From Candidatus Zhuqueibacterota bacterium (GTDB lineage: Bacteria; Electryoneota; RPQS01), in contig RPQS01000023.1 in the NCBI GenBank assembly GCA_003818605.1, positions 321 through 64,320 of the forward strand: DNA of 64,000 bases. The letters run 5' to 3'. The notes beneath the pieces are model-generated. The model had not been told where the DNA came from. It ran no database searches and was given only the letters and a program-made list of their open reading frames with translations. The number at the start of each line of letters is the position of its first letter. Within the stretch, counting starts at the first letter, position 1. A program made the translations under genes and the position numbers. Of this stretch, positions 1-10,401 are shown piece after piece.

Positions 1-3000
1 CGTAAAGTGATCGAGGCAATTCCGGCGGGCTGGCAGCACTCCGACCATTGCCAAGCGGTTCTCACCTACGGCGGCGAAGTCTATGCGGTCAACGAATTCC
101 AGGAAACTCCGTGGGTGCAGCATGCCGATATCCAAGCCAATGAAGGAACTGCCGGCAAACTGAGCGTTTACTACACGCGCGAATTTCCCGCCGCCGACGT
201 CGGCCCGTTTCTCAATGATGAAATTCGGCTGATCACTACGCTGGCCGACCGTATCGGCCATTATATCGAGTTCCGCGAACTTCGGCGGATGAATCGCGAT
301 TGGCAAACGGCCACGACTACAGCCGAACCGCGCAAAGGCGAATGGCGGGTGGTGGTGGATCTGTTGCAGCGCACCGACCAGAATCTCTACCGCAGGCTGC
401 TGCGCAAGCTGTTCGTGCGGCTGCGTTCGCGCGGCATTCAGGAAGCGGAACTCCTGCAGGAAAAAGTTCGCGGCGGCGCGCATCTGCCCACCGATGAAAA
501 CCGTCCCACTCCACGCGAAGCGGTGGATCGCATCGTGAACATGGGGATGGACATTTTCGAGATCGCCACAAAATATTTCGACGATCAAGAGCTTCTGAAC
601 TGGATTCAGAATTGGGTGCAGGAGGACCGCACGAGTTTTCTGGTGACGGCTCTGGAAAATCACGGCACGACGCTGAGCGAAATCGCGGACGCGATCCGCC
701 GCTTTCAGCACATCGCCGCGGAAGGCGTGGATTTATCCACCGCCACGGAAAAGGAAGTGCAGGTGGCGCTGATTCAGCGCTTCTTCACCGATCAACTCGA
801 ATACATCAACGTCGCCAAAGAGCACGTCAACGTCGGGGATTTTTACGATCTGCTGCACCGCATCGTTTTTCCGGCGGGCAGCCACGGCAAATTGGGCGGC
901 AAGAGCGCGGGGCTGTTTCTCGCATCGCGCATTCTGAAACGGGCAAGCGCGGAACACGAGATTTTAAAGAACGTAAAGATTCCGAAAACGTGGTACGTCA
1001 CCTCGGACGGCCTGCTCACGTTCGTGACCTACAACGATCTGGAAGAGCTGGTCGAGCATAAATACCACGAGATAGACGAAATCCGCCGCGAATACGATCA
1101 AATCGTACAGGTGTTTAAGCATTCGAGCTTCACACATGAACTCGTGCAGGGGCTTTCGATGGCACTGGACGATTTCGAAGACCGACCACTCATTGTGCGC
1201 AGTTCAAGTCTACTCGAAGACCGCTTCGGTTCCGCCTTTTCGGGTAAATACAAGAGCCTGTTTCTGGCCAATCAGGGCACGAAAAAGCAGCGGCTGGAAG
1301 CGTTGATGGACGCGATTGCGGAAGTATACTCCTCCACCTTCGGTCCGGATCCGATCCAGTACCGCGCGGAACGCGGCCTGTTGGATTTCCGCGAAGAGAT
1401 GGGGATCATGATTCAGGAAGTGGTGGGCACACGCGTAGGCCGCTATTTCTTCCCCGCTTTTGCGGGAGTGGCGTTCAGCAACAATGAATTCCGCTGGTCG
1501 CCGCGCATTCGCCGCGAAGACGGATTGATCCGCATGGTGCCGGGACTCGGCACGCGGGCGGTAGACCGCCTCGCAGACGACTATCCGATTCTGGTGGCTC
1601 CCGGACAGCCCGGTCTGCGCGTGAACATCACCGTGGAAGAAGTGATGCGCTATTCGCCCAACAAGATGGACGTCATCAATCTGGAGACTAATTGTTTCGA
1701 GACGAAGGATGTGCATGAAATTTACCGCGAGTTGGGCAGCGATATGCCGTGGCTGCCGATTGCGATTTCGATTTGCCGCGACAATCATTTGCAGCCGCCG
1801 GATTTCTTCACGACCGATTTGAGCCGCGACGATTTCTGCGTCACCTTCGAGGGTCTGATTTCGCGCACGCCGTTCATGCAGCAAGTGAAAACAATTCTGC
1901 GCGTGCTTCAGGAAACGCTGCACACACCGGTAGATACGGAGTTTGCCTCGGACGGCAAGGACTTCTATTTATTACAGTGCCGTCCGCAGGTTTATTCGAC
2001 GGAGTCCGTACCGACTCCGATTCCGCACGACATTCCGCTGGAGCACGTGGTGTTCAACGCCGACCGCTATGTGTCCAACGGCCGCATTCCGGACATTACG
2101 CATATCGTGTACGTGGATCCGCAGCGCTATACCGAAGTGCAGGATTTGGAAACGCTGCAGGCGATAGGCCGGTGCGTGGGACGGTTGAATCAACTTTTAC
2201 CCAAGCGGCAATTCATTTTGATGGGCCCCGGACGCTGGGGCAGCCGCGGCGACGTCAAGCTTGGCGTGAGTGTGACCTATTCGGAAATCAAGAACACCGC
2301 CGCTTTAATCGAGATCGCGCGCAAGAAGGGCAATTACGTACCCGATCTTTCCTTCGGCACGCATTTCTTTCAGGATCTGGTGGAATCTTCGATCCGCTAT
2401 TTACCGCTCTATCCGGACGATCCGGGAATTATTTTTAACGAGCGCTTTCTCCTCGAATCGCCCAATATTCTGCCGGATATCTTGCCCGAATTTGCGGATC
2501 TTTCCGACACGGTGCACGTCATTGACGTACCGAATTCCGCCGGCGGACGCATTTTACGCGTGCTGATGAACGCGGATCTCGATCAGGCGGTGGCGATGCT
2601 GTCGAAGCCTCAGGTAGGCGGAGACGCGCGCGGCGAACAGCGATTCACGGCGGCGAAAACCGGCGATGAGCATTGGCGGTGGCGGATGCAGATGGTGGAA
2701 AAAATGGCCGAGCAGCTTGATGCACGGCGTTTCGGCGTGAAAGCGATGTACGTCATCGGCAGCACGAAGAACGCGACCGCCGACCCTTCCAGCGATATTG
2801 ATTTGATCGTACACGTGCACGGCTCGCCACAGCAGCAGGAAACGCTGCTGAGTTGGTTTGAGGGTTGGAGCCTCGCGCTGGCCGAACTGAACTACCAGCG
2901 CACGGGACACCGCATGCAGAAACTGCTCGACGTGCGTTTGATAACGGATGAAGACATCGCGTCCAAACGCAGCGACTTCGCGGCCAAGATCGGCGCAGCC

Positions 3001-3042
3001 ACGGACGCGGCGAAGGAAGTCAAGCTGAAATTCGGCAAATAA
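1..3042 (+). CDS. PEP/pyruvate-binding (PPDK_N-type ATP-grasp) protein with C-terminal nucleotidyltransferase domain; probably 5'-truncated by the window edge
   Basis: The frame is open to base 1; the first in-frame start is GTG at 7. The N-terminus reads like the end of a GAF-type domain. GGKSAGLFLASRIL and VRSSSLLEDRFGSAFSGKYKSLFL match the PEP-utilising enzyme / pyruvate phosphate dikinase N-terminal domain. The C-terminal IGSTKN...SSDIDLIVHV is a GS...DxD minimal nucleotidyltransferase motif. Confidence 0.8.
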   Translation, partial: RKVIEAIPAGWQHSDHCQAVLTYGGEVYAVNEFQETPWVQHADIQANEGTAGKLSVYYTREFPAADVGPFLNDEIRLITTLADRIGHYIEFRELRRMNRDWQTATTTAEPRKGEWRVVVDLLQRTDQNLYRRLLRKLFVRLRSRGIQEAELLQEKVRGGAHLPTDENRPTPREAVDRIVNMGMDIFEIATKYFDDQELLNWIQNWVQEDRTSFLVTALENHGTTLSEIADAIRRFQHIAAEGVDLSTATEKEVQVALIQRFFTDQLEYINVAKEHVNVGDFYDLLHRIVFPAGSHGKLGGKSAGLFLASRILKRASAEHEILKNVKIPKTWYVTSDGLLTFVTYNDLEELVEHKYHEIDEIRREYDQIVQVFKHSSFTHELVQGLSMALDDFEDRPLIVRSSSLLEDRFGSAFSGKYKSLFLANQGTKKQRLEALMDAIAEVYSSTFGPDPIQYRAERGLLDFREEMGIMIQEVVGTRVGRYFFPAFAGVAFSNNEFRWSPRIRREDGLIRMVPGLGTRAVDRLADDYPILVAPGQPGLRVNITVEEVMRYSPNKMDVINLETNCFETKDVHEIYRELGSDMPWLPIAISICRDNHLQPPDFFTTDLSRDDFCVTFEGLISRTPFMQQVKTILRVLQETLHTPVDTEFASDGKDFYLLQCRPQVYSTESVPTPIPHDIPLEHVVFNADRYVSNGRIPDITHIVYVDPQRYTEVQDLETLQAIGRCVGRLNQLLPKRQFILMGPGRWGSRGDVKLGVSVTYSEIKNTAALIEIARKKGNYVPDLSFGTHFFQDLVESSIRYLPLYPDDPGIIFNERFLLESPNILPDILPEFADLSDTVHVIDVPNSAGGRILRVLMNADLDQAVAMLSKPQVGGDARGEQRFTAAKTGDEHWRWRMQMVEKMAEQLDARRFGVKAMYVIGSTKNATADPSSDIDLIVHVHGSPQQQETLLSWFEGWSLALAELNYQRTGHRMQKLLDVRLITDEDIASKRSDFAAKIGAATDAAKEVKLKFGK

Positions 3043-3129
3043 TCTGTGCCATTGCCACTCGGGAGACTGAAAGCAGCGAAATAGATTCCGGTCCGCGAAG
3101 CGAGATCTCGCCACGGGCGGAACGGATTG

Positions 3130-3154
3130 CACCAACACCCGGAGGGTGTTGGTG
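3130..3154 (+). other. perfect 11-bp stem / 3-nt loop hairpin about 90 nt after the stop of the first CDS, with no U-tract
   Basis: CACCAACACCC-GGA-GGGTGTTGGTG read directly from the sequence. It may be a U-tract-less terminator or an RNA stability element. Confidence 0.35.
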
Positions 3155-3217
3155 AGTGCCCGGCGCGGCGATCACTTTTCGATAACTCCGAATCCACCGA
3201 TACATGAAGGAGCAACC

Positions 3218-4672
3218 TTGGCTAAGAAAGTACCCGTGATGACGCAGTTACGCGGCCTGAAGGCGAATTTCTGGGTCGCAAACTGGATGGAAGCGAACGA
3301 ACGGTTGGCGTTTTTCGGCGTTAGAGCCATCGCGCCGCTGTACATGATCGCCGCCGTAGCCGAAAACGGTCTTGCACTTTCCTACACCGAAAAGGGACTC
3401 ATCTACACGATCTGGGCGCTCATTCAGTGCCTCGTGCCGATGATCTCCGGCGGATTCACCGACGAATACGGCTACAAGAAAAGTTTGTACGTCGCGTTCG
3501 CGATCAACATCTGCGGTTATTTGACCTTTGCTTTTGCCGCAAGCTTTTGGAGCGCGTTGGGCGCCGCCTGCCTGATCGGACTGGGCACGGCAATTTTCAA
3601 ACCGCCCGTGCAGGGAACGATTGCGAAAGCCTCCACGGAGGAGAACAGCTCGATTGCGTGGGGCATGTTCTATTGGATGGTGAACGTGGGCGGATTTGCC
3701 GCGCCGGTGCTGGCCGCACTTCTACGCGGGGAAACCAACTGGCGGCTGGTGTTTATTTGCGCGGCGGGCGTGACACTCTTCAACTACATTCCGGCGATTT
3801 TCTTTTATCGCGAGCCGGAGAGAGTCAGCAGCGGCCCGCGCAAGACCGTCGGTCAGACGTTTGTGGAAACCATCAAGACGCTCAGCGACAAGAACTTCAT
3901 GGTCTTCCTGCTGATCTTCAGCGGCTTCTGGTTTATGTTTATGCAGCTCTGGGATCTGCTGCCGAACTTCATTGACGAGTGGGTGGTCTCGCGCGATATC
4001 GCGCCGTTCTTCGGCGCCATCAGTCCCGACTTGGTGCTGTCCACGGGCAACGTAAAGCCGGAAATGCTCATCAATATTGACAGCTTTGCGATTATCGCGC
4101 TGATGCTGCCGATGGCGTGGCTGACCGGGAAATTTCACGCGATGATCGCGCTGATCGGCGGCATGATTATTTCGCTGTTCGGTTTCTTCTTCAGCGGATT
4201 TACCTCCATCGGATTGATATGCGCGCTGGCCATCTTCGTCTTTGCCATCGGTGAAATGTGGTGCAGCCCGAAATTTTCCGAGTATATCGGCCTGACCGCT
4301 CCCGCGGACAAGAAGGCCGTGTACATGGGCTATTCGAATATCCCCTTCGCCATCGGCTGGGCGGGCGGCAATCTGATCTCCGGTTATCTCTATGACCACT
4401 TAGGCAGCAAGATCAATTTCGCGCGGGACTATCTGGTCAGCCACTGCGGAATGAGCCCCGCCCAAGCAGAGGCTGTTCCACAGGAAAACGTCATGCAAAC
4501 GATGGCTTCGATGATGAACAACGGAGCGGGAGCCACCGTGGATCAGGCCACAAAAGTGCTGTGGGATCTCCATCATCCGTGGATAGTCTGGGCGATTCTG
4601 ACCAGCGTGGGCGTCGTGTCCACCGCGTTCATGATCGTTTACTATCTTAAAACTCGCAAGCGCGCAGCCTGA
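3218..4672 (+). CDS. MFS transporter, POT/PTR2-like (peptide:proton symporter family)
   Basis: Multi-TM ORF. WMEANERLAFFG resembles the POT ExxERFxYYG motif, and ISGGFTDEYGYKKSL resembles the PTR2 signature. I prefer the TTG start at 3218, 6 nt after GAAGGAG. An alternative ATG lies at 3239; the ORF track starts at 3146. Confidence 0.75.
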   Translation: MAKKVPVMTQLRGLKANFWVANWMEANERLAFFGVRAIAPLYMIAAVAENGLALSYTEKGLIYTIWALIQCLVPMISGGFTDEYGYKKSLYVAFAINICGYLTFAFAASFWSALGAACLIGLGTAIFKPPVQGTIAKASTEENSSIAWGMFYWMVNVGGFAAPVLAALLRGETNWRLVFICAAGVTLFNYIPAIFFYREPERVSSGPRKTVGQTFVETIKTLSDKNFMVFLLIFSGFWFMFMQLWDLLPNFIDEWVVSRDIAPFFGAISPDLVLSTGNVKPEMLINIDSFAIIALMLPMAWLTGKFHAMIALIGGMIISLFGFFFSGFTSIGLICALAIFVFAIGEMWCSPKFSEYIGLTAPADKKAVYMGYSNIPFAIGWAGGNLISGYLYDHLGSKINFARDYLVSHCGMSPAQAEAVPQENVMQTMASMMNNGAGATVDQATKVLWDLHHPWIVWAILTSVGVVSTAFMIVYYLKTRKRAA

Positions 4673-4697
4673 GCCGTTCCCACATTTTTTCACTGGC

Positions 4698-4726
4698 GGG
4701 CGTTCCGAAAGGGACGCCCGTTTTTT
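4698..4726 (+). terminator. rho-independent terminator after the MFS gene
   Basis: GGGCGTTCC-GAAA-GGGACGCCC (9 bp including one G-U) followed by GTTTTTT. Confidence 0.8.
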
Positions 4727-4900
4727 ATTTGTGCTGCCGTTGTCCGGGCGAGATCGCGCTTTACGGACCAGTCTGGAGACCGACAACAGCGGCTAAGTTC
4801 ACGACAACTGTTGACTCTTACGTAACCTTGTGGTATCTTACGGCAAAATCGCTTCCTCCTCCGCTTCGCGCCCCATTCTACGGATAGAAAGGACCACCGC

Positions 4901-7900
4901 ATGGATCCGCTCCGCCTGAATCGCAAAGACGGTTTATTCATCCTGATCTGCCTTTTAGTCCTGACGGCCGGGCTGTTCATCAGCCTGAAATACTTCCGGC
5001 AGGCATTTCCCGAAGCTTCCATCGAATTCCGATACAACCGCGCACAGACGGAGAGTATGGCTCTTGTTTTTCTACAGGACGGAATGGCGCTGACGCCAGC
5101 CTCGGACTATCGCCATGCGGGGCGTTTCGGCTATGACGGGTTAGCTAAAATTTATCTGGAAAAGGAATTGGGAGTTGAAGGTGCGCGACGCTATCTGGGG
5201 AGTCCGGTCAGGCTCTGGTACTGGCAGCATCGCTGGTTTAAACCCAGCACTAAAGAGGAATTCCGCGTCTATGTGACTCCGGCGGGAGAAATCGTGCGGG
5301 CGCAGCACGAAATCGAGGAAAAAGCGGCGGGAGCGAATCTGCCTGAAGACAGCGCACGCGTATTGGCTGAGCGATTCTTGTTCGGTTCGATGAAAATGGA
5401 TCCGGCAAAGTTCACGTTCTTAGAAGCGGAAAAAGCCGGCAGACCCAACCGCACGGATTGGGTGTTCACGTGGAAAGCGGCCGGAATCGAACCAGTGAAA
5501 GGATCGGACTACCGCTACCAAGTCGGCTTGACCGGAGATAAAATCGGCAGCTACCGCGAATTTCTGCATGTACCGGAAGCATGGCAGGCATCGTTCGGCA
5601 AACTGCGCAGCTACAACCGGATGGCAGGAAGCTTTTCCGGAGTCGGGATGATTTTAACGGTCGTCGGAATGGTCGCGCTGTTCTTCCTGCGCATAAGAAA
5701 GAGGGAGATTCGCTGGAAGACTGCCTTATGGTTCGGGATCGTGGCCACGGCGCTGATGCTGCTGAATCAAATCAACGAATTCCCGCTGGAACTTTACGGC
5801 TACGAAACCACGGCTTCCTGGTCGGGATTTCTATTAGAAACCATCTTATTGGCAATCTTTAGTTCTTTCGGCGCGGGCATCGCAATTTTCGGTCTCACGG
5901 CGGCGACCGAAACGATTTACCGCGAGCGATACGGCCATCAGATGGCCATTCCACGCATGTTCACGGCGCAGGCGCTGCGCACGAAATCCGCGTTCAAGAA
6001 TATTTTGCTCGGGGTCACGCTTACGGCTTTCTTTTTCGCCTATCAAATTGTATTCTACCTGACCGCCAACCGATTCGGTGCATGGTCACCGTCGGACGTC
6101 CCATACGACAACTTGCTGAACACCGCGATGCCGTGGCTGGCGGTGTTGTTTATCGGCTTCTTTCCAGCCGTGACCGAAGAGTTCATGAGCCGCGCGTTTT
6201 CGATTCCCTTTCTGCAAATGCTTTTTCGCAACAAGGCTACGTGGCTGGCGGTTCTTATTCCAGCCTTCATTTGGGGATTCGGTCACGCGGAATATCCGAA
6301 CGAACCGTTTTACATTCGCGGTTTGGAGGTCGGTTTAGCGGGAATCATCATCGGCATCATCATGCTGAAATTCGGCATTCTCGCGCCGCTGATCTGGCAC
6401 TATACGGTGGATGCACTCTATACGGCTCTGCTGCTCTTCCGCAGCGATAATCCGTATTTCATTATCACGGCGGCGGTGGCCACGGGGCTTTTAGTTGTTC
6501 CGCTGCTGGTGGCGCTGATCGCATATCTGCGGAAGGGGCAGTTCGCACCGGAAACGGGGCTATTGAATCGGGACGTCACCGCTCCCGCGGAAGAAACGAC
6601 AATCGTGGAAGCAGTTGCAGAATCCACCACTGAACCAACAACCGTTTTATATAAAGCTCTGCCCGGACGCAGCCGCCTGATTGCCTCGGGTCTATTGGCC
6701 ATCGGTATTCTTGCCGCACTGATTCCCTGTGAAAAAATCGGCAAGTTTATGACGTATCGTTTGCCGAAAGAAACCGCCATTAAAATATTTTCCGACAGCT
6801 TGCGGGCAACGGGTTGGGCAAATCCGGATACGCTGCGCATGGCGGCGTTTATCAACGAGGATGACAGCGAATTGGAAGACGACGACCCGATGATCTATCT
6901 GCTGAAGCATGCGGGGTCGGTGGAGCAATTCAACGATATCGCGGATGACCGTCTTGGATTAGGACGATGGCGCGTGCTGGCTTGGGTGCCGGAAAACCGA
7001 TTGCGGTTCATGGGATCCGTTCACGCGAAAACCGGACAGATCGAGAGGATGTTTCCGCTCTTGCCCGAAGAAATGCCGGGAGATAGCCTGCCTAAAGACA
7101 GTGCGCGGGTTTTGGTGGAAGCCAGACTCCTTGCTTTGGGCGAGGATCTTTCGAAACTCGATTTGAAGGACGCACAGCAAAACACGCAGCCCAAACGCGT
7201 GGATCATTCCTTTACGTGGGAGGCGCGGGACGGCGATCCGCGCAACGTTGCCGAGGCAAAATACCGCCGCAGCGGAGGCGTGGATGGAAACTACCTTTCG
7301 TTCGGCCGCCGGCCGTGGTACAAAGCTCCCGAAAGCTGGCAGCGCGAACGCAAGGCAACGACCACGCTGTGCGCCATTAAGGACGGACTGACTTATCTGG
7401 CTATCGGCGGAGTGATTGCCTGGTCGGTGTTGATTCTCGTGCTGCGCACGCGCAAGGGATTCGTGATGTGGAAGAAAGCGTTCCTCATTGCAATCATTCC
7501 GGGAGCTGTCGCTTTGGCGGCGGGATTCAACCGTTTCCATCTCGGACTGTCGGATTACTTCTTCAACATTGAAATTCCATGGGGCGTTTTTCAGACAACG
7601 CTGGTCACGGCGTGGATTATTACGGGTATTACCCTCTATCTGATGTTTACGGTGGCGCTCGCCACGTTAAGCGCTTTGTACCCGGACGCGCTTAACCTGT
7701 TCCGTCGAAAGGAACGGCGCGCCGCCGCTAATGACGTGTGGGTAGCCGCCGCCGGATGGATCGGCTCCACGCTGATCGGGTGGAGCGCCGTCAAATGGCT
7801 GGAAGCGTGGAGACCGGAGTGGATTATCTTTACCGGATGGAATGTACCTTCATGGCTGGCTGTGCCGGTGCCGCTGCTCAACATGCTGCAATTCATTTTA

Positions 7901-8290
7901 CGCGAGCAACTGCTGGATGTTTTCCTGTTGGCGTTTTTCGCCTATCTTTGGATGGGGCCGATGAAAAAAACGGGATGGCGGATTGCGCTGCTTGTCGGAA
8001 TTCTTATTCTGCTGCTTCCGCGCTCTGCCGTGGAACCCGGAGAATGGCTGCTCAGTATGCTGGGCAATGTCGTTCTCGTGGCCACCGCATATATTTTTAT
8101 GCGATTTGTGGTGGCGGGCCGACCTGTGCTGCTGTTTGGCGCAGCGGTGGTTGTTGGAATCTTCATCGTGATTGTGAAAGCTGTGGGCGCAGGATATCAG
8201 CCGGTGATCATCCATGCCTGTCTGGCGGCGGTCATCATGCTGATTGCGCTGGTTTGGTGGCTGTACGGAAGGAAAAAATCCGCGGCTTGA
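4901..8290 (+). CDS. very large polytopic membrane protein containing a CPBP (CAAX protease/Rce1-like, Abi) intramembrane glutamic protease core
   Basis: VTEEFMSRAF (EExxxR), FIWGFGHAEY (FxxxH) and IWHYTVDA (HxxxD/N) occur in the canonical order. Many predicted TM helices are spread over 1129 aa. Confidence 0.8.
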   Translation: MDPLRLNRKDGLFILICLLVLTAGLFISLKYFRQAFPEASIEFRYNRAQTESMALVFLQDGMALTPASDYRHAGRFGYDGLAKIYLEKELGVEGARRYLGSPVRLWYWQHRWFKPSTKEEFRVYVTPAGEIVRAQHEIEEKAAGANLPEDSARVLAERFLFGSMKMDPAKFTFLEAEKAGRPNRTDWVFTWKAAGIEPVKGSDYRYQVGLTGDKIGSYREFLHVPEAWQASFGKLRSYNRMAGSFSGVGMILTVVGMVALFFLRIRKREIRWKTALWFGIVATALMLLNQINEFPLELYGYETTASWSGFLLETILLAIFSSFGAGIAIFGLTAATETIYRERYGHQMAIPRMFTAQALRTKSAFKNILLGVTLTAFFFAYQIVFYLTANRFGAWSPSDVPYDNLLNTAMPWLAVLFIGFFPAVTEEFMSRAFSIPFLQMLFRNKATWLAVLIPAFIWGFGHAEYPNEPFYIRGLEVGLAGIIIGIIMLKFGILAPLIWHYTVDALYTALLLFRSDNPYFIITAAVATGLLVVPLLVALIAYLRKGQFAPETGLLNRDVTAPAEETTIVEAVAESTTEPTTVLYKALPGRSRLIASGLLAIGILAALIPCEKIGKFMTYRLPKETAIKIFSDSLRATGWANPDTLRMAAFINEDDSELEDDDPMIYLLKHAGSVEQFNDIADDRLGLGRWRVLAWVPENRLRFMGSVHAKTGQIERMFPLLPEEMPGDSLPKDSARVLVEARLLALGEDLSKLDLKDAQQNTQPKRVDHSFTWEARDGDPRNVAEAKYRRSGGVDGNYLSFGRRPWYKAPESWQRERKATTTLCAIKDGLTYLAIGGVIAWSVLILVLRTRKGFVMWKKAFLIAIIPGAVALAAGFNRFHLGLSDYFFNIEIPWGVFQTTLVTAWIITGITLYLMFTVALATLSALYPDALNLFRRKERRAAANDVWVAAAGWIGSTLIGWSAVKWLEAWRPEWIIFTGWNVPSWLAVPVPLLNMLQFILREQLLDVFLLAFFAYLWMGPMKKTGWRIALLVGILILLLPRSAVEPGEWLLSMLGNVVLVATAYIFMRFVVAGRPVLLFGAAVVVGIFIVIVKAVGAGYQPVIIHACLAAVIMLIALVWWLYGRKKSAA

Positions 8291-8315
8291 TATCAGGCTT
8301 TATCTCTCTGGAAAA

Positions 8316-8340
8316 GGGTCAGAATGTTCTGGCCCTTTTT
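8316..8340 (+). terminator. rho-independent terminator after the CPBP gene
   Basis: GGGTCAGA-ATGT-TCTGGCCC followed by TTTTT. Confidence 0.8.
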
Positions 8341-8492
8341 CGTTCACGTCTCAAATCATGTAAAAGCCTGTATCACAGAAGTATAGAGGTGTTGTCAGCC
8401 TCTCTATACAACTTTCCTAAATTTCATTTATAACCCACAAGAATACAGCAAGATACTTTCCTCTTTTTACATTGATGTTGTCGTTCATAAGT

Positions 8493-8504
8493 TGTAAATT
8501 TACA
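8493..8504. promoter_or_regulatory. perfect 12-nt palindrome TGTAAATTTACA about 130 nt upstream of the malic enzyme gene; candidate dimeric regulator site
   Basis: The palindrome is read directly in the 340-nt intergenic region. No regulator can be assigned. Confidence 0.25.
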
Positions 8505-8631
8505 GTTGCATTAGACGATCGGCGTAATGCCATTGCGGTCAGGAGACCGACAAAGGCGATATTTAACTGCATGCATGCGGATGGAATTCATCCGCTGTTC
8601 ACATACATTCATAAACCTGAGTTGACCGACC

Positions 8632-10356
8632 ATGAACCGTTTTGAAATGCGTGTGGATCCTCTCACGCAGGAAGTCTATTACGAAGTCCCGCTGCGCGGA
8701 TATGCCCTGATGCAGGATCCGCTGCTAAACAAGGGCCACGCCTTTCCCGCGTCGGAACGGCGTGATTTCGATTTGACCGGCCTCATGACCGAAACCGAAG
8801 GGGATTTGGACGATCAAGTCACCCGCAGCTACGGCATCTTCAAGATGAAAGCCACGGATCTCGAACGTTATGTGACGCTCATCGGCCTGCTCGACCGCAA
8901 CGAAACCAATTTTTACGCGCTGGTCGCCCGTCATCTTGAAGAGATGCTGCCCATCGTATATACACCCACGGTCGGCGAAGCGTGTTTGAAACTCTCACAC
9001 ATTACCCGCCGCTATCGCGGTATTTATGTAACCGCAGCCAATGTCAACTCCATTGAATCCATTCTGGAAAACATCGGCCTGCCCAATATCTCGCTGATGG
9101 TGGTTACGGACGGCGAACGCATTCTCGGCTACGGCGATCTGGGAGCGGACGGGATGGGCATCCCTGTCGGCAAGATTGCTCTGTATGCCGCCGCCGCCGG
9201 AATTCATCCCGCTTCCACTCTCCCCGTTTGTATTGACGTGGGCACGGATAACGAACGGCTTCTGAACGATCCGCTTTATCTCGGAATCCGACAGCGCAGA
9301 CTGCGCGGCGAAGCTTACTATCAGGTCGTGGAGCGTTTCATTCAGGGAGTCTGCCGGGTGTTTCCGCGCGCTTTAGTGCAGTGGGAAGATATCGGCAAGC
9401 AGCACGCCTTCACGCTGCTCGACCGCTATGCGCAGCGCGTACTCAGCTTCAACGACGACATTCAGGGAACCGGAGCGACGGCGGCGGCAGCATTGCGCAC
9501 CGCAGTCCGGATGAAGAATCGGCCGCTTTCCGAAGAGCGCATTGCGATTTTAGGCTTCGGTCAGGCCGGAAGCGGAGTGGCCAATGCAATTGCCACCATG
9601 ATGAACGCCGATGAAGGCATCTCCTTAGCGGAAGCCCGCCGCCGCATTTTTGCCATTGACATGCCGGGGCTATTGCTGGAAGGCATGAACGTGGAACCGT
9701 ATCAACAGAATTTCCTGCAGCCGCTGGACGTCATCGCCAATTGGCCGGTGTCCAAGTTCAACGCGCCCTCGCTGGCGGAAGTCGTGAAGCACGCAAAGAT
9801 CACCACGCTCATCGGTCTCTCCGCTCAGCCGGGAATCTTCGATGAACCCATCCTGCGCGATCTGGCCGCGAACACGGATCGGCCGATTGTATTCAGTCTT
9901 TCCAATCCTACGTCGCAAAGTGAAACTACTCCGGAAGTTTGCATGAAAGCCACCAAGGGCCGCGCGCTCATGGCGGCCGGCAGTCCCTTCGCACCCGTTA
10001 CGCTTCCCGACGGTAAAACCTATCACGTGGCACAGTGCAACAATTTGTACGTTTTTCCCGGAATGGGATTGGGAGCGATTGTCTGTCAAGCCTCGCGCAT
10101 CACGCATCGCATGTTCCATGCGGCAAGCTGCGCGATTTCCGATATGGTCACCGATGCCGAACGCGAAAAAGGCCGTCTGCTGCCGCCGCTCACCGACATT
10201 CGCAACGTGTCTTTCAACGTGGCGCTGGCCGTAGCCAAACAAGCGCGCGAAGATGGCCAAGGGATGGTTGTTTCCGACGAACGATTGGCCGAACTCCTTC
10301 GCGCCGCGATGTGGGAACCGCACTATTATCCGTATCGTCCCAAGCGCACCGCTTGA
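8632..10356 (+). CDS. maeA: NAD(P)-dependent malic enzyme (oxaloacetate-decarboxylating malate dehydrogenase)
   Basis: VYTPTVGEAC, VVTDGERILGYGDLG, FNDDIQGTGA, GFGQAGSGVA (dinucleotide fold) and LSNPTS are classical large malic-enzyme motifs. Length is 574 aa. Confidence 0.9.
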   Translation: MNRFEMRVDPLTQEVYYEVPLRGYALMQDPLLNKGHAFPASERRDFDLTGLMTETEGDLDDQVTRSYGIFKMKATDLERYVTLIGLLDRNETNFYALVARHLEEMLPIVYTPTVGEACLKLSHITRRYRGIYVTAANVNSIESILENIGLPNISLMVVTDGERILGYGDLGADGMGIPVGKIALYAAAAGIHPASTLPVCIDVGTDNERLLNDPLYLGIRQRRLRGEAYYQVVERFIQGVCRVFPRALVQWEDIGKQHAFTLLDRYAQRVLSFNDDIQGTGATAAAALRTAVRMKNRPLSEERIAILGFGQAGSGVANAIATMMNADEGISLAEARRRIFAIDMPGLLLEGMNVEPYQQNFLQPLDVIANWPVSKFNAPSLAEVVKHAKITTLIGLSAQPGIFDEPILRDLAANTDRPIVFSLSNPTSQSETTPEVCMKATKGRALMAAGSPFAPVTLPDGKTYHVAQCNNLYVFPGMGLGAIVCQASRITHRMFHAASCAISDMVTDAEREKGRLLPPLTDIRNVSFNVALAVAKQAREDGQGMVVSDERLAELLRAAMWEPHYYPYRPKRTA

Positions 10357-10401
10357 CATGCCGGTGCGATTTCACGATGACAGGCAACTTCGAAATTTCG
10401 T

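Noticed and set aside
1210-1923. Long antisense or out-of-frame ORFs overlapping well-supported genes. Examples: 1210-1923(-), 3722-4399(-), 9670-10359(-), 13573-14118(-), 15265-15909(-), 17407-18435(+), 10872-11561(+), 60541-61290(+).
   Set aside because: They lie entirely inside ORFs with clear family motifs on the other strand or frame. They have Arg/His/Gly-rich shadow composition typical of high-GC antisense frames and lack RBS or start context.
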